A model generated the notes under the pieces. That model was not told the DNA's origin. It searched no databases and saw only the letters and a program-made list of their open reading frames with translations. From the NCBI GenBank assembly GCA_047601445.1, contig JASGJH010000001.1, positions 9,184,001 through 9,248,000 on the forward strand: DNA of 64,000 nt, given 5' to 3'. The translations under genes were made by a program, and so were the position numbers. The number at the start of each line of letters is the position of its first letter. Position 1 is the first letter of the stretch. Shown here one piece after another: positions 31,997-42,919 of this stretch. Source of the stretch: Myxococcales bacterium (lineage in GTDB: Bacteria; Myxococcota_A; Polyangia; Polyangiales; DASUME01).

Positions 31997-32932
31997 ATGT
32001 CGATGATTTGGCGCTCCAAGCTTGCTCTCTCTGTGTGCCTGCTCGCGCTCGGCTTGGGGGCCGGTTGCGGTGACGACCCAGCCTCTCCCGGTCAACCCGT
32101 CGGTGACGGGGACGGCGATGGGGACGGGGATGGCGATGGGGACGGCGACGGCGACGCGAATCCCGGCGATGGGGACGGCGATGGCGATGTGGCGCCAACT
32201 CCGGGCGACCTCAAGGGGATCGAGGGCCAGTATTGGATGCGCACGGACCTGGAGGCGATGATCACCGAGCCCAACACCAAGGCCTCGATCGACTCGCATA
32301 TCAGCGCCTACTCGCTCGTGGAGATCACGAAGGACGGCGACAACTACAAGATGGTCGATTGGCAGTGCCACGTGACCACCAAGCAGACCTGCACCTCTCC
32401 CTGTACCGCGGCTTCGAGCACCACCGACGAAGGCCATTCCTACGCGCCCTCCGTGCGCACGCTGACGGTCAGTGGGAGCAAGTGGGAGGCGTCCGAATGC
32501 GCCCAGGCCGTGGGCTGGAAGTGGGACTTCGCCAAGGACGGCAAGCACGACCTGCCGCCGGACGGCTCGGACCTCATCTACAACCCTGCGGGTAGCGTCG
32601 GCGGACCCGGCGTGGACATCACCGTCAAGGTGACCGCCCTGCTGCCGCTGATGTGCACGGCCAGCACGGTGCAGACCGTCGACGTGCTCTACTCGGGCAA
32701 CGTCGTCACCAATGGCGGCACGCAGGCGCTCGAGAGCACGGGCGTGGCGAAGGACAACGGCTCCAAGCAGCACGGGATCAAGGACGCGAACGGCGACCAG
32801 CAGTGCGGCGACGTTCCAGAGCCTGTTCCGGTCGGCTCGGGCAAGGTTTATCTGGTGTCCAAGAAGATCGACGGCTCGTCGCCCAGCGCCTGGAAGTGCC
32901 CGGCGCTGTCGGCTTTCGAGGATGCGTTCTGA
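31997..32932 (+). CDS. Lipoprotein with (GD)n linker and Cys-rich domain of unknown function
   Basis: LGAG-C-GDD lipobox; two GD runs; strong GC3 codon bias. Confidence 0.85.
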   Translation: MSMIWRSKLALSVCLLALGLGAGCGDDPASPGQPVGDGDGDGDGDGDGDGDGDANPGDGDGDGDVAPTPGDLKGIEGQYWMRTDLEAMITEPNTKASIDSHISAYSLVEITKDGDNYKMVDWQCHVTTKQTCTSPCTAASSTTDEGHSYAPSVRTLTVSGSKWEASECAQAVGWKWDFAKDGKHDLPPDGSDLIYNPAGSVGGPGVDITVKVTALLPLMCTASTVQTVDVLYSGNVVTNGGTQALESTGVAKDNGSKQHGIKDANGDQQCGDVPEPVPVGSGKVYLVSKKIDGSSPSAWKCPALSAFEDAF

Positions 32933-32945
32933 GGTTTCTGTTGTG

Positions 32946-33024
32946 CGGGGAGGTCACGCGACTCCCCGCCCGTCGCAGCCAAGCTGCGCCGGGGCCCACC
33001 CCTCCGCGAGGTTCGCTGCGCTCA
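32946..33024. repeat. REP-like element family A, copy 2 (inverted relative to 11262-11340)
   Basis: CGGGGAGGTCACGCGACTCCCCG...GGGGCCCACCCCTCCGCGAGGTTCGCTGCGCTCA aligns with the reverse complement of copy 1; lies between convergent genes. Confidence 0.85.
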
Positions 33025-33054
33025 TGCGGGAGCCCTCATGAGGCCCAGTTGGCC

Positions 33055-34788
<1,734 letters not shown>

Positions 34789-35248
34789 TACGTCCCCCCG
34801 GCAGTCTCAAGACATCACTCGAAGCAAGCAGCGGTGTGAGCAAGACGAAGGCGCAAGGGCAGGTGCGGTGTCGAACGGAACTGACGCTGTCGGTCTTGAC
34901 GCGCTCGGGTCACAACGGCGCGTGCTCACTCACGACGGAGCGGCGCAGCTCGGCTCCATGTCTCAAACGCCAATGCACTCGTCGTGCCGCGGAAACACGT
35001 ACTCGAACAGCGCCGCGTTTTCGTCAGTCGCGCGCAAAGACTGCACTCGAGCGCACGCAGTTCGCGAGGTGCGCCGCGCCACTTGAGGCAAACCGCTACG
35101 CGCACTCGTCGTGTTCGAACGCTCGGTGATTGAACTCATTTGCAGCGGACCTTCGCGCGAGGTCCGCAGCGCACTCGGCGCGACTGCGTGTCGCTGGGGG
35201 CGACGCTGGGCATGCCCGCTTGGGGGCGCCCAAATCGAGCGTTCGCGC

Positions 35249-36430
35249 TTACAGGATGACGCGCACCGAGCGCATGACGCGCGCAGCCTTTTGACGTGCT
35301 TCCTCCGCGCTCGCACCGCGGGCGAGCGCTACCCCGAGGCGGCGGTGGCCCTGAATCTCGGGCTTGCCGAACAGGCGCAAGCTCGTATCGGATTCGCGTA
35401 GGGCGGCCGGATCGATCTCGAACGCCGGAGCCTGGCTGTGCCCCTCGCCGAGCAGCGCGTACGACGCGCTCGGTCCGTGCTGGCGGATGTTCCCCACCGG
35501 CAATCCCAGGATGGCACGCACGTGCAGCGCGAACTCCGAGAGGTCCTGCGAGATGAGTGTCACCATGCCGGTGTCGTGGGGACGCGGCGACACCTCGCTG
35601 AAGTAGACCTCGTCGCCCTTGACGAACAACTCCACGCCGAACAGGCCGCGCCCGCCCAGCTCGTCGGTGATCGCGCGGGCGATGCGCTCGGACTCGGCGT
35701 AGGCGCGCGCAGACATGGCCTGCGGCTGCCAGCTCTCGTGATAGTCCCCGCCGACCTGTCGGTGACCGATTGGCTCGCAGAACGAAGTGCCGTCCGCGTG
35801 GCGCACGGTGAGCAACGTGATCTCGTAGTCGAACTCCACGAAGCCTTCCACGATCACGCGCCCCGCTCCCGCGCGCCCGCCCGTCTGCGCGTAGGCATAG
35901 GCGGCTTCGGCGCTGGGGCGGTCCCTGGCTACGCTCTGGCCCTTGCCCGAGCTGCTCATGATCGGCTTGATCACGCACGGGTAACCCACGGCCTCCACCG
36001 CTGCCCAGTACTCCTCGAGCGTGTCGGCGAAGCGGTAGGGGGAGGTCTTGAGGCCCAGCGTCTCCGCGGCCAGGCGCCGGATTCCTTCGCGATCCATGGT
36101 CAGGCGCGCGGCGCGCGCGGTGGGGATCACGCACATGCCCTCGGCCTCCAGCTCCACCAGGGTGGCGGTGGCGATGGCTTCGATCTCGGGCACGATGAAG
36201 TCCGGCTTTTCGCGCGCGATGAGCTCGCGCAGGGCCTTGCCGTCGGTCATCGGGATCACGTGGGAGCGGTGGGCGACCTGCATGGCCGGAGCGTTTGGGT
36301 AGCGGTCCACGGCGACCACGGTGACGCCGAGGCGCTGGGCTTCGATGGCCACCTCCTTGCCGAGCTCCCCCGAGCCGAGCAAGAGCAGGGTGGTCGCCGT
36401 GTTCGTGTTGGGTGTTCCGATCCGCACCAT
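35249..36430 (-). CDS. purT: Formate-dependent phosphoribosylglycinamide formyltransferase
   Basis: [45 protein letters not shown]; start ATG 36430 with GGAG 6 nt upstream. Confidence 0.97.
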   Translation of the reverse strand: MVRIGTPNTNTATTLLLLGSGELGKEVAIEAQRLGVTVVAVDRYPNAPAMQVAHRSHVIPMTDGKALRELIAREKPDFIVPEIEAIATATLVELEAEGMCVIPTARAARLTMDREGIRRLAAETLGLKTSPYRFADTLEEYWAAVEAVGYPCVIKPIMSSSGKGQSVARDRPSAEAAYAYAQTGGRAGAGRVIVEGFVEFDYEITLLTVRHADGTSFCEPIGHRQVGGDYHESWQPQAMSARAYAESERIARAITDELGGRGLFGVELFVKGDEVYFSEVSPRPHDTGMVTLISQDLSEFALHVRAILGLPVGNIRQHGPSASYALLGEGHSQAPAFEIDPAALRESDTSLRLFGKPEIQGHRRLGVALARGASAEEARQKAARVMRSVRVIL

Positions 36431-36517
36431 GGTCATCTCCCGTCGCGCCCGAGTATATGCGGAACCCGCGCCGGGGCCCGTGTCCGCGGGTTCGGGCTGG
36501 ATGCTATGGTCCGCGCG

Positions 36518-37426
36518 ATGCCTTACTTGAAAGCGCGCGACGGCGAGAGCGTCTACGTCCGGGTCGTGGGCCGCGGAGCGCCTTGCCTGCTGCTGCACGG
36601 TTTCGCCTCCGATAGCAGTTCGTGGCTGCCGTTCGTGGCGCCGCTGTCCCACCGCTTCCGCTTCTACATGCCCGATCTGCGCGGCTTCGGCGCGAGCAGG
36701 AAAGCACCGCTCAGGCATGTTTGCCCGCTGACCACCTACGCCGAAGATCTCGAGGATATCCTCGATCAGCTCGCGCTGCCGAGCCTCTCGGTGGCGGGCA
36801 TCTCCATGGGCGCCTTCACGGCGCTCAGCTCTTTCCGACTGTTCGGGGGTGCCCGCTACGCGCGCTACATGCACATCGATCAGGGTCTCGTCATCCGCAA
36901 CACGAGCGCTTATCGCCACGGGCTGCTGGGCGAGCGGCAGGACTTGTTCTTCGGGCGCATGAGCTCCGCCCTCGACCGCATCGAAGGCGAGCTGCGCGAA
37001 CGCGGCGCGCTGGAGTACGACGCGCTACCCGCTCAGCTGCGCCAGGACTTTGCGCAAATCTTCGGTGATTTCGCGCTGGCGGCCTTCGGTCGTCCGCCGC
37101 TGCGCGCGGCCCTGCGCCCGCTGCTTGGCTGGGAGCCCTTGATCCGGCGCCTGATGCCGCCGGAAGGCCTCCAAACCTACGTCCAAATCATGCGCGCCTA
37201 CCTCGAGCAAAACTACGATTTGCGCCCGGCCTTCAGCGCGTTGAAGGTGCCCACCACCGTGTTGATCGGCGGCGCGTCGCGCATGTACCCGGCAGAGGGG
37301 CAGCGCTCCACGGCCAAGCTCCTGCCGCACGCGGCCGTGCGCGAACTGCCTGGCATCGGCCACGTGATTCCGGTGGAAGCGCCGCTGCGCTTCGTGAGCG
37401 AGCTCAACGCTTTCCTCTCGGCCTAG
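36518..37426 (+). CDS. Alpha/beta-fold hydrolase
   Basis: LLHGF, DLRGFG, GISMG nucleophile elbow, GHVIPVEAP; start reassigned to ATG 36518. Confidence 0.9.
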   Translation: MPYLKARDGESVYVRVVGRGAPCLLLHGFASDSSSWLPFVAPLSHRFRFYMPDLRGFGASRKAPLRHVCPLTTYAEDLEDILDQLALPSLSVAGISMGAFTALSSFRLFGGARYARYMHIDQGLVIRNTSAYRHGLLGERQDLFFGRMSSALDRIEGELRERGALEYDALPAQLRQDFAQIFGDFALAAFGRPPLRAALRPLLGWEPLIRRLMPPEGLQTYVQIMRAYLEQNYDLRPAFSALKVPTTVLIGGASRMYPAEGQRSTAKLLPHAAVRELPGIGHVIPVEAPLRFVSELNAFLSA

Positions 37427-37477
37427 CGCCGCACGGGCTCGCACGAAAAAATGCGACTTCCCGTGAATCTCTGGCGC

Positions 37478-37492
37478 TGGCATGTCGCTTGC
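37478..37492 (+). promoter_or_regulatory. Sigma54 (-24/-12) promoter TGGCATGTCGCTTGC
   Basis: Matches TGGCAYG-N4-TTGC with exact GG-N10-GC spacing, about 50 bp upstream of a small ORF. Confidence 0.7.
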
Positions 37493-37545
37493 GACCTCCG
37501 TACAGCGCGGACCGCTCACACGTGTCCGCACGAACAGGGGGAGAC

Positions 37546-37716
37546 ATGGCAACGCAGCGCATTCCACGGCACGGTCAGTTTTCGCAACAGGTTGGCTATC
37601 GCGGATTCGATCAGGATTCCGTCCGCCTGCCAACGGCTCCCAACGTCGGCCTCGCGCTCGGCCTGGTGGCGGCCTTCGTGGCCGTGGTCACGCTGATCGT
37701 CTACTACGTGCTGTAA
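37546..37716 (+). CDS. 56-aa small protein with a single C-terminal TM helix
   Basis: GGGGAG RBS; MATQRIPRHGQFSQQVGYRGFDQDSVRLPTAPNVGLALGLVAAFVAVVTLIVYYVL; GC3-biased codons. Confidence 0.7.
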   Translation: MATQRIPRHGQFSQQVGYRGFDQDSVRLPTAPNVGLALGLVAAFVAVVTLIVYYVL

Positions 37717-37775
37717 GCTCACATCGAGCGTGCGCTTTCGGGCGAGGCAAAAAGGCCCGCCTGCACCGCGCAGCT

Positions 37776-38714
37776 TCAGGCGACTTTGCGCAGCGGATCG
37801 TCGAGCTCGGGTTGGCTCCCGCCCGAGCTCGCAGCAGCCGACCCGGCGGGGCGCGAGCGATAGACGAGCGTAATCAGAGACGCTTCGAGCAGCACGAACA
37901 GGGCGTACAGCAACGGAAGACGCAGCATCTCGGCCTCCAGTGCGCCGTCGAAGCTGGTGGCGATGATCGCGAAAGCCAGCGGGCTATTCTGGATGCCCGT
38001 CTCGAGCGACACGGCGCGACGCTGGGGCGTGGGGAGCCGGAACAAGCGCGCCGCGAGGTCTCCGAGCAGCATGCCGCCGACGCCGAGCAAGATGCTGGCG
38101 GCGTACATGGACGGAGTGATGGTGGAAAACAAGGACGCGTTGCGGAACAAGCTCGCGCCCACCAGCATCACCAGCACGCAGATGCCGGCCAGGCCGCCCA
38201 CGCGCTCGGCGCGCTGCGCGAAGGCCTCGCCGCGCCGCCTGCGAAGCCACATGCCGAGAGCCACGGGCAGCAAGAGGACGACTAGCGTCTTGATGACCTC
38301 GCCGTAGGGGATGGTCACCTCGGCGCTGCTGAAGGGCCGCGCGAACAGCCACAGGCAGACGGGCATCATGACCACCGCCACGAGCTTGGAGGCCGCTGTC
38401 ATCGATACGCTCAACGCGACGTCGGCCCGTGCGTAGTACGCGAACATGTTGCTAGTGGTCCCGCCCGGGCAAGTTCCCATGATCACGAGACCCATGGCGG
38501 CGGAGGCCGGCAGCTCGAAGCCCTTGGCCAGGAGAAAGGCGAGCAGGGGCATCCAGCCGAACTGCGAAGCCAGGCCGATCAGCACCGCCTTCGGTTCACG
38601 CGCAACCTCTCGGAAACGCTCGGGCGTGAGGGTCGCGCCCATGCCGAACATGAGCACAATGAGAAGGATGCCAAGCAGGGCGGTTTCGAGGGGACCAAGC
38701 ATGGTCGTGGCCAT
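37776..38714 (-). CDS. Bile acid:sodium symporter (BASS/SBF) family transporter
   Basis: MFGMG, QFGWMPL, CPGGTTSN, ETGIQN motifs. The ORF extension to 39143 runs through a repeat and is not accepted as coding. Confidence 0.92.
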   Translation of the reverse strand: MATTMLGPLETALLGILLIVLMFGMGATLTPERFREVAREPKAVLIGLASQFGWMPLLAFLLAKGFELPASAAMGLVIMGTCPGGTTSNMFAYYARADVALSVSMTAASKLVAVVMMPVCLWLFARPFSSAEVTIPYGEVIKTLVVLLLPVALGMWLRRRRGEAFAQRAERVGGLAGICVLVMLVGASLFRNASLFSTITPSMYAASILLGVGGMLLGDLAARLFRLPTPQRRAVSLETGIQNSPLAFAIIATSFDGALEAEMLRLPLLYALFVLLEASLITLVYRSRPAGSAAASSGGSQPELDDPLRKVA

Positions 38715-38767
38715 ACCACCCAACGGTACCCGGTGCACCGCGCCCGCCCTCAACCCCCCTGCGCTGC

Positions 38768-39481
38768 CCGTTCGCTTCAGCGCTCCCTCGGGGCTGGGCC
38801 GGCGCTGCGGGGGCGCAGGGACGTGATGGCTGCGAGAGCAGGCGCTTTGTCGGTCGTGGGTGGCGGCTTTGTGGAAGTCGGTTGCGGTTCGGTGCGCAGT
38901 CCTCTGCGAGGACGCATGTTCGACAAAGCGCCCGCTCTCTCCGCCACCACGTCCCTGCGCCTCCTCGCGCAACCTCAGTTCGCGGAAGCGAACTGAGGCG
39001 GGGCTGCGCCGTGGAGCGTTGAGTGCGTTCGTGGGAGCGAACGCAAGGAAGGGAGCGGGTGCCGTCGGGTGTCGTTGGTTTCTCGGGCGATCTCGAGCGA
39101 ATCCTTTCTCGAGTTCACTCGAGCAAATCCATTCCGAGAACACTCGAGAGAACTTGAGAGAAAAACATGAGCGAAGCGCGCCAAGCCTTCCCCTTTTCTC
39201 CCTCTTTGTGTTCCCTCAGGCGAACGCGATCAGCACGCCGCGCCGCCAGTCCGCCTCAGTTCGCTCCCGCGAACTGAGGTTGCGGAGGAGGTGCAGGGAC
39301 GTGATGGCGGAGAGAGCGGCTCTTTGTCGAACACGCGTCCTCCAAGAGGACTGTGCGCCCGAACCGCGACGACTCCCATCGAACGCCACCCACGACCGAC
39401 AAAGCGCCCGCTCTCCGCCACCACGTCCCTGCGCCCCCGCAGCGCCGGCCCAGATCAGAGGGAGCACTGGGGCGAGCGCGG
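38768..39481. repeat. Nested palindrome: two ~260-290-bp inverted arms, each itself a hairpin of ~38-bp REP-like units, around a CTCGAG-rich core
   Basis: 32-bp perfect outer match (38794-38825 / 39422-39453); GCAGGGACGTGATGGC...GCCACCACGTCCCTGC in both arms; CCTCAGTTCGC-N4-GCGAACTGAGG in both arms. Confidence 0.92.
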
Positions 39482-39485
39482 CGGG

Positions 39486-40550
39486 TTAGAGAACGATCAC
39501 GACATCGCAGGTCTCCACGATGCTCACCGTGTGATCCGTGACGGACTTGAGCGCTTGGCAGGCTTCTCCGGTGATGGTCACTTGACGCTTGTCAGCCGTG
39601 GGGGTCCAACCGGTCTTGGCGCCGTTCAACGGCAGCGGCGTGTCGTCCAGCTTGACGCTGACCTTGTCGACGTCGCTCAGGGGCTTTTCGAGCGCGTAGG
39701 TGCAGGTCACCGCGTTGCCCGCAATCTCCTGGAACTCCTGCAGCAACCCGGCCTCGTTCTCGACCGCTCGATGCATCGTGTCGCCGGTGCCACCCGCAGC
39801 GGCCATCTTGTTCAGCGCGTCGCGCAGCTTGGCGTCGTTCTGGGTGTCGTAGCCGATGACGTAGGTCTTGATGCCCGCCATCGTCATTTGCGTGATGGCG
39901 TCGACCGAACCCGTGACCGACTGCGGCACCGGGTCGTAGCTGATGGGCGTTTGGTTGTTGTAGCAATTCGGCGCCCCGTCGGTGACGAGGAGGACGTACT
40001 TCTCCGCGACGCCGATCGCGTCCGGATCCTGCGACACACTGCCCAGGATAGCCGCGGCGGCCTCGAGCGACGGCGCGGTGGGCGTATAGCCTCCCGGATC
40101 CATGCCATCGAGGGCCATCGCGATGGCATCGCCGCTGTTCAACGCGATGTCCACGTCGGCATCCGTGGCGGCGGCGCAGCCCGTGCCCGCGGTGTTGGGG
40201 AATGCCATCAGCCCGAACTCGATCTTGGAATCCAGCGCTGACGTGATGCTCTTGACGGCGGACACCGAAGGATCCCAGCGCTTGAACACGCGCATGCTGT
40301 CGGAGCGATCGAACAAGATCAGCATGTGCGGCGCGACGCGCTGGGGTTTCACGATCACCGACTGACAGGCATCGTCGTCGCCAGTACCGTCTCCGTCGCC
40401 CGTTCCATCCCCATCCCCGTCCCCCGCATGGCCGATGTTCGGGAGCCCGCCGTCGAGCTCACTTCCTTGCTCGTCGCCGCCCAGGCCAGAGCGGCCATCG
40501 TCGGAGTTGCAGGCTCCGAGCAGAAGCAACAGGCCGGAGGCGGCGCGCAT
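39486..40550 (-). CDS. vWA-domain lipoprotein (CglB-like)
   Basis: LLGA-C lipobox, GD linker, MIDAS DRSDS, TPT, LVTDGAPNC, Cys-containing C-terminal domain; start set to ATG 40550. Confidence 0.85.
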   Translation of the reverse strand: MRAASGLLLLLGACNSDDGRSGLGGDEQGSELDGGLPNIGHAGDGDGDGTGDGDGTGDDDACQSVIVKPQRVAPHMLILFDRSDSMRVFKRWDPSVSAVKSITSALDSKIEFGLMAFPNTAGTGCAAATDADVDIALNSGDAIAMALDGMDPGGYTPTAPSLEAAAAILGSVSQDPDAIGVAEKYVLLVTDGAPNCYNNQTPISYDPVPQSVTGSVDAITQMTMAGIKTYVIGYDTQNDAKLRDALNKMAAAGGTGDTMHRAVENEAGLLQEFQEIAGNAVTCTYALEKPLSDVDKVSVKLDDTPLPLNGAKTGWTPTADKRQVTITGEACQALKSVTDHTVSIVETCDVVIVL

Positions 40551-40824
40551 CAGGGGAGGGGTGAGCGTCGAGATGCGCCCTCGGGCACGCGAGCGAAGAG
40601 TCGAGACGCGCCCTCGGGCGCGCGAGCGGTCAGTGGAAGGTCGCTTGGGCATGGACCTTCAATTCTCGGTTGGCCCGAGCGCCCTTTGGAAGCCCCTAGC
40701 ACGGCTATCCACGGCGAAAAAACGTGAGCCAACCATGTATGTCTTCGGCTGAAGCGTGGGCCGCGAGGTGGCTCAGGTGCGCCGCCACGTTCACGCCGCC
40801 GCGCCAAATAGAGCAGAGCGTCGC

Positions 40825-42900
40825 TCAGCCCGGTCGCCTGGCGGGCATGAGCGCGCTCGGGACCATCACCACGGCCGTGCGGCTCGGCAGGTACAGCTGG
40901 ACGGATTGCTTGCGACCGTACATCGCGATCGGCTGCAGGGGGAACAGCGCCCCCAGCTCCAGGCGCTCGAAGCCCTCGAACTCGTGTGCATCCGAGTCGA
41001 GCACCGCGCGGTAGTCCGTGGCATCGGGTACCGGGATAGCCAAGCCCTTGTAGGAGCGCTGTGCGTGGAAGTTGAAGGCGCACACCACGGGCCCACGGCG
41101 GACTGCGATGATCTTGTTCTCTTCGTGGCTCATCAGCTGCTCGATCGGCTCCGCGCGCAATACGCCGTAGTCCTCGTCGAGGTCGGCCAGCGCCTGATCG
41201 AAGCGCAAGAGCCCGCGGTAGCGCAGGTCCTCCCGGGTCGCGAGCGACCACTGACGGCGCGCGTGGTGGAAGGACCAGTGGTTCCCCTCGCGTGGGAAAT
41301 CCACCCACTCGGGATGACCGAACTCGTTTCCCATGAAGTTGAGCCAGGCCTCGCCCGCCAATAGAAAGGTGAACAACCGGATCATCTTGTGCAGCGCGAT
41401 ACCGCGGTCGATGGCCAGGTTCTGATCGCCCTTCTGCATGTGCCAGTACATCTCGGCGCCCATCAGGCGGAAGGCGATGGTTTGGTCGCCCACCAGCGCT
41501 TGGTCATGGCTTTCGACGTAGGCAACGTGTTTCTCGTCGCGGCGTCGGTTGAGCATGGCGCCGTACAGCTCGGCCAGCGACCACGATTCATCGCGACGTT
41601 CCTTGACCAGCTTGATCCAGTAGTCCGGCACGCCCATCGCGAGGCGATAGTCGAAGCCGAGACCGCCCTCGCTCACCGGGCGAGCCATACCCGGCATCCC
41701 CGACATGTCCTCCGCGATGCTTGTGGCCTGCGGGCGCAGCGCGTGCACGAGGACATTGGTGAGCTTGAGGTAGGTCACTGCATCTTCGTCGACGTTGGCG
41801 CCGAAGTAATCGTCGTAGCTCGAGAAGGACTTGCCCAGCCCGTGGTCGAGGTAGAGCATGCTGGTGATGCCGTCGAAGCGGAAGCCGTCGAAGCGGAACT
41901 CCTCGAGCCAGTAGCGGGTATTGCTCAGCAAGAAGCGCAATACCTCGAACTTCGCATAGTCGAACACCATGGAGTCCCAGGCTTCGTGGACGCCTCGCGG
42001 TGGGGCATGGAAGTACTGGTGATCGGTGCCGTCGAACAGGTTCAGGCCCTCGCGGGTGTTGCTCACCGCGTGGCTGTGCACGAGATCCAGCAGCACACGG
42101 ATGCCGAGCCCATGGGCCTCGTCGATCAATTGCTTGAGTTCCTCGGGCGTGCCGAAGCGAGACGAAACCGCGAAGAAGCTGCTCACGTGATAGCCGAAGG
42201 AGCCGTAGTAGGGGTGCTCCATCACGGCCATGAGCTGCACCGTGTTGTAACCGAGCGCCGCGATCATCGGCAGGACGTCGCGGGTGAACTCCGCGAACGT
42301 GGCGACCTTGCCCTCCTCCGAGGCCATGCCCACGTGGGCCTCGTAGATACGCAGCGTTGGCGGCAGAGGCGGCACGGGATGGCGAAACTCGTAGGGCTCC
42401 GCGGGCTGCCAGTACTGGCCGCTGAAGTCGTGGTTGTCGGGATCCTGCAGGGTGCGCCGGATGTAGGCGGGGACGCGGTCCTCGGTGCCCCGTCGGCTGA
42501 CTACGCTCACTTTGACGCGGCTGCCGTGGGGGATGACGGCCTTGCCGTCGCGATCCGGCAAGAACAGGCTGAACACGCCGTAGGGGTCGCGCTCCATGCG
42601 GTGCGCTTCGCGATCCCAGCCATTGAAGTCACCAACGAGGGAGAGCCGCGTGGCCCCGGGGGCCCACTCGCGCACCCAGATACCGCGCTCGCCCTCCCGC
42701 TCACCGCGGTTCAAGCCGAAGTACTGGTGACCCAGGCTCACGCGCTCGAGCAGCCCGCCCGCTTGCTCGAGCTCCGCATACTTGGCGGCGAAGCGTGCCT
42801 GGCGTTCGCGCAACTGGGCGCTGTAGGGCGACAACCAACCGTCGGCCTTGCAGATCCCCGTGCCATCTCCGTAGCGTTCTGCGAGTTGAGACGTCGTCAC
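40825..42900 (-). CDS. glgB: 1,4-alpha-glucan branching enzyme, GH13_8-like
   Basis: YEAHVG, YGSFGYHV, DGFRFDGITSM, AEDMSG, ESHDQALVGD, NFMGNEFGHPEWVDFPREGN. Confidence 0.93.
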   Translation of the reverse strand: MTTSQLAERYGDGTGICKADGWLSPYSAQLRERQARFAAKYAELEQAGGLLERVSLGHQYFGLNRGEREGERGIWVREWAPGATRLSLVGDFNGWDREAHRMERDPYGVFSLFLPDRDGKAVIPHGSRVKVSVVSRRGTEDRVPAYIRRTLQDPDNHDFSGQYWQPAEPYEFRHPVPPLPPTLRIYEAHVGMASEEGKVATFAEFTRDVLPMIAALGYNTVQLMAVMEHPYYGSFGYHVSSFFAVSSRFGTPEELKQLIDEAHGLGIRVLLDLVHSHAVSNTREGLNLFDGTDHQYFHAPPRGVHEAWDSMVFDYAKFEVLRFLLSNTRYWLEEFRFDGFRFDGITSMLYLDHGLGKSFSSYDDYFGANVDEDAVTYLKLTNVLVHALRPQATSIAEDMSGMPGMARPVSEGGLGFDYRLAMGVPDYWIKLVKERRDESWSLAELYGAMLNRRRDEKHVAYVESHDQALVGDQTIAFRLMGAEMYWHMQKGDQNLAIDRGIALHKMIRLFTFLLAGEAWLNFMGNEFGHPEWVDFPREGNHWSFHHARRQWSLATREDLRYRGLLRFDQALADLDEDYGVLRAEPIEQLMSHEENKIIAVRRGPVVCAFNFHAQRSYKGLAIPVPDATDYRAVLDSDAHEFEGFERLELGALFPLQPIAMYGRKQSVQLYLPSRTAVVMVPSALMPARRPG

Positions 42901-42919
42901 AACCCGAGCCTACCGCCGG

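Noticed and set aside
34975..35180. CRISPR mini-array
   Set aside because: Shared motif is only 7-12 bp, and no cas genes or leader are present.
35249..37426. Overlapping 556-aa and 662-aa ORFs
   Set aside because: N-terminal extensions are spurious; purT (start 36430) and the hydrolase (start 36518) are divergent and do not overlap.
38715..39489. ORFs across the nested palindrome, including the BASS N-terminal extension
   Set aside because: They translate repeat DNA; mirror-image peptides appear on both strands.
40567..40629. 33-bp tandem duplication upstream of the vWA lipoprotein start
   Set aside because: Real but only two imperfect copies; no function can be supported.
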